Source: an uncultured Phycisphaeraceae bacterium (GTDB taxonomy: Bacteria > Planctomycetota > Phycisphaerae > Phycisphaerales > UBA1924). From it: 64,000 nt of DNA. This document shows, in pieces, positions 49,969 through 58,635 of the stretch. The notes beneath the pieces were generated by a model. That model was not told the DNA's origin and made no database searches. It saw nothing but the letters and a program-made list of their open reading frames with translations. The stretch is taken from NCBI GenBank assembly GCA_964484185.1, contig CAZAEQ010000002.1, forward strand, positions 144,013-208,012. Reading direction: 5' to 3'. A program made the translations under genes and the position numbers. Every line of letters begins with the position of its first letter. Positions within the stretch are counted from its first letter, which is position 1.

Positions 49969-52389
49969 ATGATGTACTTCTTTGACTCCCTCGAATCACG
50001 GCGTTACTTGAGCGTTCAGATAATCGATGTAATTACAGAGTCTGAAGCGGACAACGATGGAGATGGTGCGATCCGGGGAGCCATTGTCAGCGCGTACCTC
50101 CAATCAACAACGCAGACTACGGTGTATCTGAAAGGATTCGAAGATGATGGCGGATCTGGCGATGACCTGATATTCAGAAGTCCTCTGATAGCCGTAGGCC
50201 CTTCAGGAGCCTCATACACTGCACCCACCTTCGCTGACCTCTACAGTCTTCCAGGAGACGATTCCGATGGGTGGGTTGAATTCCGAGTCGAGGTGTACGA
50301 TGCGGTCACCAACGCACTGCTTGCGTCTCGCAGTTGGAACATTGATGACGATCTCGGTCCGGTCCCATATGAACATTCCAGTAACGATGGCGGCACATTT
50401 GGCATCGCTCCAACGATCCTGACCCCGGCGATTTCACCCGGCGCCAATCTGAGTCTTGGCGATACATTCGAAGTGACCTCACGGGTCATCGACAGTTCCC
50501 CGACCGGCCACGATATCGAAGGCGCCTACTTCTGGGTCGACCTGAATCGCAACAGCACTTTTGATCCAGTCTCCGAAGGTCCGACATTGCGGCGCATGTC
50601 GCTCCAGAGCGGCACGTCACAGAACGGAACCTGGCGAGTCCTCACACAGGCGACGATGGAGTTTGGAATCGGCTCGCTCCGCGGCATGGTGACCTCCTGG
50701 GACTTCGATGCGAATCCGCGAAATTCTCCGGGTATTGAATTCACTGTCGCCGCCGTCGACACCCCGCCAGTCGTGAATTCGGCTTTGGTCAACGTCCCAT
50801 TCGTCAACAACGGCGATCCATTCTCGATTACCGTCACCGCAACCGATAACAATGCGGTAACCTCCATTGAGTCTTTTGTGGACTACAACCGCAACAGCAC
50901 TTTTGACGCCGCCGATTATGCGGGACCAACAGACTTAGACTCTTCCAACGGTTGGATCCTGAATTTTGTTGATTCTCCACAGTACGTAAATCAATCCAAT
51001 ATCCGGGTTGGAGTCAGGGCGCTTGATGCGCTTGGCCAGTCATCTCCCTGGACATTTGCGGAAGTACGCCATAACGCGCCCCCCTCCATCTCGATCGTGA
51101 CAATCGATGGAGTCAGCGCCGATGGAACTCCGCGCCTGTTTGGAACTAACCTTACCGTGCGAGCCACCGCGACCGACGACACGGGATTGCCTTTGGCTGT
51201 GACTTTCTTCGTCGACAAGAACAATGACTCGCTCTGGACACCTGGAGTTGATGTTGATCTTGGCGCAGACTTTGTTGGCGCAGACGGTTTCTCCAGAACC
51301 GTCCCTGTGACCACTGCCTGGGGTACTCCTCAACAGGTCGTGCGCGTTGCCGCGGCCGCAGTTGACGTCGACAATGCATGGTCAACCATCACACGGACAC
51401 CCTTCATTCGCTTGAATGAACGTCCGGCTATCACGAATCTCGTTGCCAGTTCCACCAATGTGCTTGCCAACGCGCTGCTCACCATCACCGCAACGCTGCA
51501 GGACTCCAACCCCAGGGCTGTTACATTTTTCAGAGATGTTAATTTGAACGGTGCCTGGGACGCTTTTATCGATCAGGATCTTGGTGCCGACCAAAGCAGT
51601 GTCGGAGGCTGGACCCGCCAAATCACTGTTTACCCCAGCTGGATCGCTGCCGCAACAATTCGAATCGTCGCCGATGTTGTCGATATCGATGGCGTCTGGG
51701 GTACCACCCCAAGAGCCTTTGTTACCGTGAACGTCTTGGGACCCGCCGTTCTCGGCGTCGTTGCCCCGGCAATGGCGAGTTTCGGACAAACGGTGAGTGT
51801 TTCCGCAACTGCTTCCGGTCTCAACGCCATCCGGGCGGTCACTTTCTTCTTGGATCAGAACAACAACGGCATCTGGAATTCGGGCGTCGATGTAGATCTT
51901 GGCGCAGACTTTGACTCTTCCGGTGGCTGGACCAAGTCCTTCACCGTCAACTCCACATGGGGAACAGGTAATCAGAAAGTGATCCGTGCCGCAGCAGTTG
52001 ACGTGCTCGGCAACTGGAGCGTACCGGTCGCCGCAACTCCGATGAGTTTCGTCGATAAACCGGTCGTCACGAACGTTACTCCCTCGTCTCAAAATGTCAC
52101 AGCTGGCACGACTTTTAGCTATCAGGCAGTTGCCCAATACGAGCGAGGAGTTCGTGCGGTAACCTCATTCATCGATACCAATGGCGATGGGCGCTGGACC
52201 TCCGGTGTCGATATCGATCTCGGAGTTTCAACACTGACACAGGGATCTGCAACCTCCGGGACGTGGACGCGCTCATTCACCTGGACATACGGACCAGGGA
52301 TATTCAGGATCGTAATTGATGCTGTAGGCCTCAATGGAAACTGGAGCGGTCGACCTTATTCGATTCAGATTTCGGTGCGGCTACCGTGA
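49969..52389 (+). CDS. Large tandem-repeat protein (six to seven units of about 100 aa) with putative calcium-loop motifs
   Basis: Recurring units ending in TFF(V/R/L)D.N.NG.W..GVDVDLGAD...GGWT...TV...W. No obvious N-terminal signal peptide. No family recognised. Confidence 0.55.
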   Translation: MMYFFDSLESRRYLSVQIIDVITESEADNDGDGAIRGAIVSAYLQSTTQTTVYLKGFEDDGGSGDDLIFRSPLIAVGPSGASYTAPTFADLYSLPGDDSDGWVEFRVEVYDAVTNALLASRSWNIDDDLGPVPYEHSSNDGGTFGIAPTILTPAISPGANLSLGDTFEVTSRVIDSSPTGHDIEGAYFWVDLNRNSTFDPVSEGPTLRRMSLQSGTSQNGTWRVLTQATMEFGIGSLRGMVTSWDFDANPRNSPGIEFTVAAVDTPPVVNSALVNVPFVNNGDPFSITVTATDNNAVTSIESFVDYNRNSTFDAADYAGPTDLDSSNGWILNFVDSPQYVNQSNIRVGVRALDALGQSSPWTFAEVRHNAPPSISIVTIDGVSADGTPRLFGTNLTVRATATDDTGLPLAVTFFVDKNNDSLWTPGVDVDLGADFVGADGFSRTVPVTTAWGTPQQVVRVAAAAVDVDNAWSTITRTPFIRLNERPAITNLVASSTNVLANALLTITATLQDSNPRAVTFFRDVNLNGAWDAFIDQDLGADQSSVGGWTRQITVYPSWIAAATIRIVADVVDIDGVWGTTPRAFVTVNVLGPAVLGVVAPAMASFGQTVSVSATASGLNAIRAVTFFLDQNNNGIWNSGVDVDLGADFDSSGGWTKSFTVNSTWGTGNQKVIRAAAVDVLGNWSVPVAATPMSFVDKPVVTNVTPSSQNVTAGTTFSYQAVAQYERGVRAVTSFIDTNGDGRWTSGVDIDLGVSTLTQGSATSGTWTRSFTWTYGPGIFRIVIDAVGLNGNWSGRPYSIQISVRLP

Positions 52390-53310
52390 CATTGCTTCAA
52401 CCACCCTTTCGGCCCATGTGATCGGCGCCACCGCCGATTCACATTCAATCCACACACTCTTCGGCGTCATCCGAAGCCGCTTCAACCACGTCCGCTGATT
52501 CTTCCCAAACCGCCGCGTTTCGATCTTGATCTCTTCAATTGCTTCATCCAGCGTGCATCGCCCTTCCAGATGCTCAAGCAATTGCTTGTAGCCTAGAGCC
52601 TCGCCCGCCTGCGGCCCAAGTTTCCCTGCGCGATGCAGGTCTGTGACTTCCCGCAAGAAACCCGCTTCCATCATCGCTTTCACACGCGCATTGATCCGCT
52701 TGTTAATTTCCTCAACTGGCCAAAGCAAACCGACCAGCACGCGATCCTCTTTCCGCGGCAGTTCTTCCCACTGTTTCTGCAACTGCGAAATCGGTGTTCC
52801 TGTCTGGCGAAACACCTCAAGAGCACGAATCGTCCGACGTTCATCATTTGGATGAATCCGCCCCGCCGCAACCGGATCAACTCGCTCAAGCTCTGCACGC
52901 AACTCAGCAATCGGAATCTGTCGCAGCGTTTCCCTCAGCGAAGCATCTGGCTCAGGACCCTCAAACAACCCATTGAGCAGCGCCATCACATACAAGTTCG
53001 TTCCGCCAACAACTATCGGAGTCCCGCCGCGAGACCCGATGTCTGCAATCACTTGCTCAGCGCGAGTCAGCCAGTCATGCACCGTGAAAGGCTCGGTACT
53101 TGCTGGATCCACAATGTCCATCATGTGGTGCGGCAGTTGGTCGCGCTCCGCGCGCGATGGCTTGGCTGTCCCGATATCCATCCCTCGATAAATCGTGAAC
53201 GCGTCCGCGCTCACAATCTCCGGGCCCGGCACTTTCGTTGCGATCGCCATCGCCAATGCGCTCTTGCCGCCTGCGGTTGGACCAACGATGATGGGGAATC
53301 TCTTAACCAC
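52381..53310 (-). CDS. miaA: tRNA dimethylallyltransferase MiaA
   Basis: IIVGPTAGGKSALAMAIA (P-loop), ...IVSADAFTIYRGMDIGTAKPS..., GGTNLYVMALLNG. Confidence 0.9.
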   Translation of the reverse strand: MVKRFPIIVGPTAGGKSALAMAIATKVPGPEIVSADAFTIYRGMDIGTAKPSRAERDQLPHHMMDIVDPASTEPFTVHDWLTRAEQVIADIGSRGGTPIVVGGTNLYVMALLNGLFEGPEPDASLRETLRQIPIAELRAELERVDPVAAGRIHPNDERRTIRALEVFRQTGTPISQLQKQWEELPRKEDRVLVGLLWPVEEINKRINARVKAMMEAGFLREVTDLHRAGKLGPQAGEALGYKQLLEHLEGRCTLDEAIEEIKIETRRFGKNQRTWLKRLRMTPKSVWIECESAVAPITWAERVVEAMSR

Positions 53311-53430
53311 TTGGGTTCATAGTAAAGGCATCGCTTCCGGCCTCTGAAACAAATACACAGAGCCAACCCGCCGCCGCACAAGTTCCGACCATACAAACGA
53401 AATCACAACGCATACACTTGTCACCTCATT

Positions 53431-55056
53431 ATGCCTATTCCTCGCGTCGCTATCGTCGGTCGCCCCAATGTGGGCAAAAGCTCGCTGCTCAACATGCTCG
53501 CGGGTTCCAAAGTCTCCATCGTGGACCCGACTCCGGGTGTCACGCGCGATCGCGTTGTTGCCATCGTCGAACTCCAGCACCCAAAGGGTAAGAACTCCGG
53601 CGAAGCCACCAAGCCCGTCGAATTCATCGATACCGGCGGCTTCGGTGTCTATGTCGCCCAGGGTGAACGCTATGACGATGTCGGCGAAGACTTGGCAACA
53701 TTGACCGAAGACATCGAATCACAGATCGAAGCTGCGATTGCGACCTCGGACTTGGTCCTCTTTGCAGTCGATACTCAGGCCGGAATCACGCCGCACGACT
53801 TGGAGATTGCCAAGCTCTTGCGTGAGGGCAAGCTCGGCCCATCTTCCAAAAAAGCACAAGGCAAGAAGCCTGGCAAAGAAGCCCGCGTCAAAGCGAAGAA
53901 GCTCAACGTGCAAGTCGTGGCAACCAAGGTCGATGGACCGCGCTGGGAAAGTCACGCGCAGGAACTCGCTGGTCTTGGCTTTGGTCAACCCTGGCTCTGT
54001 TCCGCCAAGAACAACTACATGCGCCGCGAACTTCAGGATTTCCTGTTCGCAGCGCTTCCTGATAACACCGATGAAAAAGCCCGCCGCGCAGATCTGCAAG
54101 TCGCCATCATCGGCAAGCGCAACGCCGGCAAGAGCACACTGGTCAACACGCTCGCAGGCGAGCCGCGCATGATCGTGAGCGAAATCGCAGGCACCACCCG
54201 CGATGCCGTCGACGTTCGCTTTGAACTTGATGGCCGCTCGATCGTCGCGATTGATACAGCAGGTCTACGCCGCAAAAAGAGCTTCCAGAGCATGGTTGAG
54301 GTCTACGCCCTCGATCGCGCCAAGCGTGCCATCGATCGCTCCGATGTCGTCATGCTCCTGATCGATGCGACTGTGAAGCTCAGCCAGGTCGATGAACAAC
54401 TCGCCATGATGTGCCAGAAGGCGTTCAAGCCGGTCATCATCGTTGTAAATAAATGGGACAGAGATCCAGGCGGCGCACGCGGCAAGAAAGGCCGCAAGGG
54501 CACCGAAGTTACCCCCGAGGATTACGAGCAATATCTCCGCCGCGAACTGGGCGGATTGTCACACGCTCCGATTGCATTCATGAGCGCGAAAAAAGGACTG
54601 AATGTCAAAGAGACATTGGACCTGGCCTTCGACATGCAGAAGCAGTCCGAGACCCGCGTCACTACAGGCGTCCTTAATCGCCTGATCCGCAAGCTCATTG
54701 AGCTTCGCCCACCCAGCGATAAGCAGGGTGTGCACGCCAAGATCTACTACGTTGCACAGGTCGGAACCAACCCGCCGGAAATCGCGCTGGTTGTCAATCG
54801 GCCCGCGATGTTCACGCAGACGTACCAGCGCTACCTGGTCAATCGCTTCCGCGAAGAACTCCCGTTCTCTGAAGTCCCCATCAAGCTCAACGTGCGTGCA
54901 CGCAAGACTGATGCGGATAAGGATGAACGTCCATTGGCTGAGGCTGGGTCATTCACCGAAGGGTTCGCGGCCCGCCGCGGAGCCAAGGTCAAGACCAAGA
55001 CTCCCAAGGACACGACGCCAGAAGATGTCTCCGAGTATTTCGAGGATGACGATTGA
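53431..55056 (+). CDS. der: Ribosome-biogenesis GTPase Der (EngA) with a Lys-rich insert and an acidic C-terminal extension
   Basis: Two GTPase domains (GRPNVGKSSLLN...DTGG; GKRNAGKSTLVN...DTAG...NKWD) and a KH-like C-terminus. The insert is KKAQGKKPGKEARVKAKK. Confidence 0.9.
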   Translation: MPIPRVAIVGRPNVGKSSLLNMLAGSKVSIVDPTPGVTRDRVVAIVELQHPKGKNSGEATKPVEFIDTGGFGVYVAQGERYDDVGEDLATLTEDIESQIEAAIATSDLVLFAVDTQAGITPHDLEIAKLLREGKLGPSSKKAQGKKPGKEARVKAKKLNVQVVATKVDGPRWESHAQELAGLGFGQPWLCSAKNNYMRRELQDFLFAALPDNTDEKARRADLQVAIIGKRNAGKSTLVNTLAGEPRMIVSEIAGTTRDAVDVRFELDGRSIVAIDTAGLRRKKSFQSMVEVYALDRAKRAIDRSDVVMLLIDATVKLSQVDEQLAMMCQKAFKPVIIVVNKWDRDPGGARGKKGRKGTEVTPEDYEQYLRRELGGLSHAPIAFMSAKKGLNVKETLDLAFDMQKQSETRVTTGVLNRLIRKLIELRPPSDKQGVHAKIYYVAQVGTNPPEIALVVNRPAMFTQTYQRYLVNRFREELPFSEVPIKLNVRARKTDADKDERPLAEAGSFTEGFAARRGAKVKTKTPKDTTPEDVSEYFEDDD

Positions 55057-57077
55057 GCCTGCCCACGTCCCGCCAACTTGGGACAGCCAAAGGCGATCCG
55101 TTCTGGGAATTCTCAAAGCGGATGTTCCGCTACAAAAAGCTCATGCTGGCGGCAATGATCTGCGCGATCATTTCTGGCGGCAGTCTCACAGGCGGATTGG
55201 TCGGGGCAACGCCCGTGATCAGTGCGGTCTTTGGCACCAAGCGGGCAGTCTTGCCACCGCTCAAAACCCAGGCCAGCGAATGGAACAAGAATCCGGATCA
55301 TGCAGTCAATCAGATCCCCGTGGACGTGATTGAAAAACTTCCGGAAACTTCAGATGAGAGCGGGGCCAAGGCGCAGGCATTGGCGACGATGGCCGCGACA
55401 TGGAATGCCAAACCTGAGCACGCAAACTCACAGATTCCCCGGTGGCTTATCAACCGATTGCCAACGACATTGTGGTCCAGCATCTTCCTGATAGTGATGG
55501 GCCTGGGCGTTCTCACGATTGTCGGATCAACGGCCAACTTCCTGCACGCTTTCCTGTCGCTGACACTGGTCAACAAGACTACGACATCAATTCGGCGCGA
55601 AGCATTTCACCGGGTGCTTCGTTTGCCGCTGGGGCTGGTGGTAAAGAGTTCAAAAGGTGATTCACAGGGTGGCGCTACAGATGTGATCAGCCGAATTGTG
55701 AACGACACCAATTCGCTGTCGCAGGGAATGACCGCGCTGGTGAGCAAGGCAGTTTCGCAGGCCGTAAAAGGAATCGGAGCACTGGTCGCAGCCTTCCTGA
55801 TTGACTGGCAGATGACTTTGGGAACCATGATCGCTGGCCCAATCGTTTTTCTGGTCATCAACAAACTTGGAAAACGCATTCGGCGGTATAGCAAGAGAGC
55901 ACTGGTTTCGCAATCAGAAATGCAACTCGCCGCGACTGAAAGTTTGCAAGGATTGCGGGTTGTAAAGGTCCATTCAGCGGAACGCTTTGAGGCGGGACGC
56001 TTTCACCGCATCAACAAGAAGGTGATGGCGGAACTGAACAAGGTGCGGACAGCGCGGGCGCTATCGAGCCCTGTCGTCGAAACGCTCTCGATCTTTGTAC
56101 TGGGTACGCTGATCCTGGTTGCAGCCAAAGCTGTCTTTGATGGACACCTGACAAGCGAGACGTTGATCGCGGTGCTGATATCACTGGGCGCAGCGGGTGC
56201 GAGTTTCAAACCCATCTCTGGTTTAGTGAACGACATTCAGGCTTCCAGCGGCGGCGCAGAGCGGTTGCGGGAATTGATGGAATCGACTCCTGAGCCGGGG
56301 CATGATTCACGACTTCCGAAGTTGCCGCGCCATGCGCGCGATATTGAGTTCCGGAATGTGAGCTTTCACTATCCAGGCTCCCCGCGCGAGTCGCTGGTTG
56401 ATATCAATCTTGCAATTCGTCATGGCGAAAAAGTCGCGATTGTGGGGCCCAACGGCTGTGGCAAAACCACGCTGCTTTCGCTGGTTCCGCGGCTGTTTGA
56501 GCCCGATCCAAATGGCGGCAGCGTCTTGATTGATGGAAACGCCATCCGCGATTTCAATATCCGAAGTCTGCGGCGGCAGATTGGTGTGGTGACTCAAGAG
56601 ACTGTGCTGTTCAAACGGTCAGTGCGCGGAAACATAACCTATGGCGCGGCGACCGGATTGAGCGAAGAGCAGATCGTTGCGGCAGCGAAACGGGCGCGGG
56701 CACACGACTTTATTTCCAGGCTTCCGCATGGATACGACACAGAAGTTGCCGAGCAAGGGGCGAGCTTGTCTGGTGGGCAGCGCCAGCGGATTGCTATCGC
56801 GCGGGCGATTCTCCGCGATCCTGCAATCCTGATCCTGGACGAAGCGACGAGCATGATCGATGCGGATTCTGAAGCGCAGATCAACGCCGCGATTAATGAG
56901 TTTTCGCAGGGGCGGACGACTCTGATTGTCGCCCACCGTCTCAGCACCATGCTTTCGGCAGACCGGATCGTGGTAATGGATCAGGGACGGATTGTGGATG
57001 TTGGCCGCCACGACGAATTACAGAAACGATGCGAGGTCTATCAATTGCTGACGCGCCATCAACGCGGGATTAATTGA
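55053..57077 (+). CDS. ABC transporter permease/ATPase (type I exporter, MsbA-like) with an enlarged first periplasmic loop carrying a duplicated motif
   Basis: Six-TM domain plus NBD (GPNGCGKTT, LSGGQRQRIAIARA, ILILDEATS). Loop 1 carries two copies of WN(K/A)(N/K)P(D/E)HA(V/N)(N/S)QIP. Confidence 0.88.
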   Translation: MSLPTSRQLGTAKGDPFWEFSKRMFRYKKLMLAAMICAIISGGSLTGGLVGATPVISAVFGTKRAVLPPLKTQASEWNKNPDHAVNQIPVDVIEKLPETSDESGAKAQALATMAATWNAKPEHANSQIPRWLINRLPTTLWSSIFLIVMGLGVLTIVGSTANFLHAFLSLTLVNKTTTSIRREAFHRVLRLPLGLVVKSSKGDSQGGATDVISRIVNDTNSLSQGMTALVSKAVSQAVKGIGALVAAFLIDWQMTLGTMIAGPIVFLVINKLGKRIRRYSKRALVSQSEMQLAATESLQGLRVVKVHSAERFEAGRFHRINKKVMAELNKVRTARALSSPVVETLSIFVLGTLILVAAKAVFDGHLTSETLIAVLISLGAAGASFKPISGLVNDIQASSGGAERLRELMESTPEPGHDSRLPKLPRHARDIEFRNVSFHYPGSPRESLVDINLAIRHGEKVAIVGPNGCGKTTLLSLVPRLFEPDPNGGSVLIDGNAIRDFNIRSLRRQIGVVTQETVLFKRSVRGNITYGAATGLSEEQIVAAAKRARAHDFISRLPHGYDTEVAEQGASLSGGQRQRIAIARAILRDPAILILDEATSMIDADSEAQINAAINEFSQGRTTLIVAHRLSTMLSADRIVVMDQGRIVDVGRHDELQKRCEVYQLLTRHQRGIN

Positions 57078-57098
57078 TACAGGCGATGAGAGATTCAC

Positions 57099-57431
57099 AT
57101 GCATGACACTGATGCCGATGGCAATGACTACTTCAAATGTGATTTCTGCATGCGCGCCTGGGCAGAAGATCGACCGATGGTTGAAGGACACAAAGGGTCA
57201 TTAATTTGCGGCAGTTGCCTGTCGCTGGCATATCGCATGGCGGTGCTCGCCGATCCGCCGAGCGGGCCGATGGCAGATTTGGGAAGCTGCGTGATGTGCT
57301 TGCAGCACAAAGATCGCGGAGCCTGGGAAAGTCCGATGACCACCGGAACCTGGATCTGCGAAGAGTGTGTTCGCAATTCGGCGAAGATGCTGGAGAAGGA
57401 TAAAGAGATTACTTGGACTAGGCCCGTCTAA
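57099..57431 (+). CDS. Small Cys-rich protein with two CxxC...CxxC zinc-ribbon-like motifs (hypothetical)
   Basis: CDFC...CGSC and CVMC...CEEC cysteine pairs. Confidence 0.4.
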   Translation: MHDTDADGNDYFKCDFCMRAWAEDRPMVEGHKGSLICGSCLSLAYRMAVLADPPSGPMADLGSCVMCLQHKDRGAWESPMTTGTWICEECVRNSAKMLEKDKEITWTRPV

Positions 57432-57534
57432 CGCGTGCTTGCGGGGAACTGTGTCTTTCAACGCAGAGTCCGCAGAGACGCCGAGGCGCAGAGGTCGGAA
57501 GAGAAAACACTAGAGTTATTAATTCAATAAAGAA

Positions 57535-58254
57535 TCAAGACCAAGACTGCATGGCATGGACGAGTGCGGCGGTTGGTGGACTGAAGTCGTTCATGAGTTT
57601 GGCGCCATCTTTTTCGAGATCGACCCAGCGGAGCTGCGAGTATTCCCAATTGCCGCCTTTGCGGATGGAGTCCTGGATCTGGTCGTAGCCGTTCTTGTCA
57701 ACTGCGGCGACGCAGACGACATCGAGGCTGCGGGCGTGTGGGTCGAGGACGAGCGCGAATGGTGTGATTGATGCGGGCGAAAGCTGGACGCCGATTTCTT
57801 CTTTACATTCCTGGAGCAGTTGTGTTTCAAGTGTGTGGCGCGAGACCTGGACACCCAGGGGCGGCGGCGAGACTGTGCCGCGGGGGGCGGTTTCCCATGT
57901 GCCGCCGTAGATACGGGTTTGATTGCCTCGGTGGCCGATGAGCGTGAGGAATGTGTCATCGGGAGTTTTGTAGCGGATGAGGCCGGATACGCCCAGCGCA
58001 ATTGTGAAGTGGCCGGCGATTTCGGCGGTGACGAATTCCTGATATGTCCCCGGGCGGCAGCGAATGGTGTTATTTTCGTGATCGGAAACGAAGACCATGG
58101 GGCCGTCGTAGACGCGCGGGTTGTCGAGCAGCACGCGTTCCCATTCGGTTTTAGCTGGTTCAGAATGTGGGCGCGGGGCGGCGTGTTCCCAGATGTACTT
58201 GGGCGGCTGTTCGAGCCTGCGCACTTCGATGGCGATGTGCGATGGGGTTGCCAT
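57535..58254 (-). CDS. Divergent NUDIX-like hydrolase (uncertain)
   Basis: A degenerate Nudix box: GGTWE ... TLETQLLQECKEEIGV, with a roughly 20-aa insertion between the two halves. Confidence 0.4.
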   Translation of the reverse strand: MATPSHIAIEVRRLEQPPKYIWEHAAPRPHSEPAKTEWERVLLDNPRVYDGPMVFVSDHENNTIRCRPGTYQEFVTAEIAGHFTIALGVSGLIRYKTPDDTFLTLIGHRGNQTRIYGGTWETAPRGTVSPPPLGVQVSRHTLETQLLQECKEEIGVQLSPASITPFALVLDPHARSLDVVCVAAVDKNGYDQIQDSIRKGGNWEYSQLRWVDLEKDGAKLMNDFSPPTAALVHAMQSWS

Positions 58255-58263
58255 TTCACCCTT

Positions 58264-58635
58264 TCAGCTTACAAGACCCTTGAAGTTGCCGACGAGATCG
58301 CCCAGACCCAGTCCATCGGCTTCTGCCTGTACGCTTTCGGCGATGACGGCTTGGGCTTTTTGGAGCGCGGCGTTGGTTGCTTCAACGATGAGGTTGGAGG
58401 CGAGGTCGCGGGTCTTGTCATCGGCGGCCATGCCGCGGAGAAGCGCGGGGGCGAGGACGACTGAAATGACTTTGAGTTCGCCGCTGACGGTGACTTTGCA
58501 CGCGCCGGAGCCGGCTTCAGCCGTGAGGCGAGCGGCGGCGAGTTTGGTCTTGACGCGATCGGTGGCGTTGCGAATGCCTTCCTGATTTTTCATTACGCCG
58601 GCGAGGGCGGTCATCGCTCTGAGTTTGTCGAGCAT
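58264..58635 (-). CDS. ybaB: Nucleoid-associated protein, YbaB/EbfC family
   Basis: Length and pattern (MKNQEG...VTVSGELKVISV) fit YbaB. The gene follows dnaX as in many bacteria. Its ATG overlaps the dnaX stop (TAATG). Confidence 0.75.
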   Translation of the reverse strand: MLDKLRAMTALAGVMKNQEGIRNATDRVKTKLAAARLTAEAGSGACKVTVSGELKVISVVLAPALLRGMAADDKTRDLASNLIVEATNAALQKAQAVIAESVQAEADGLGLGDLVGNFKGLVS

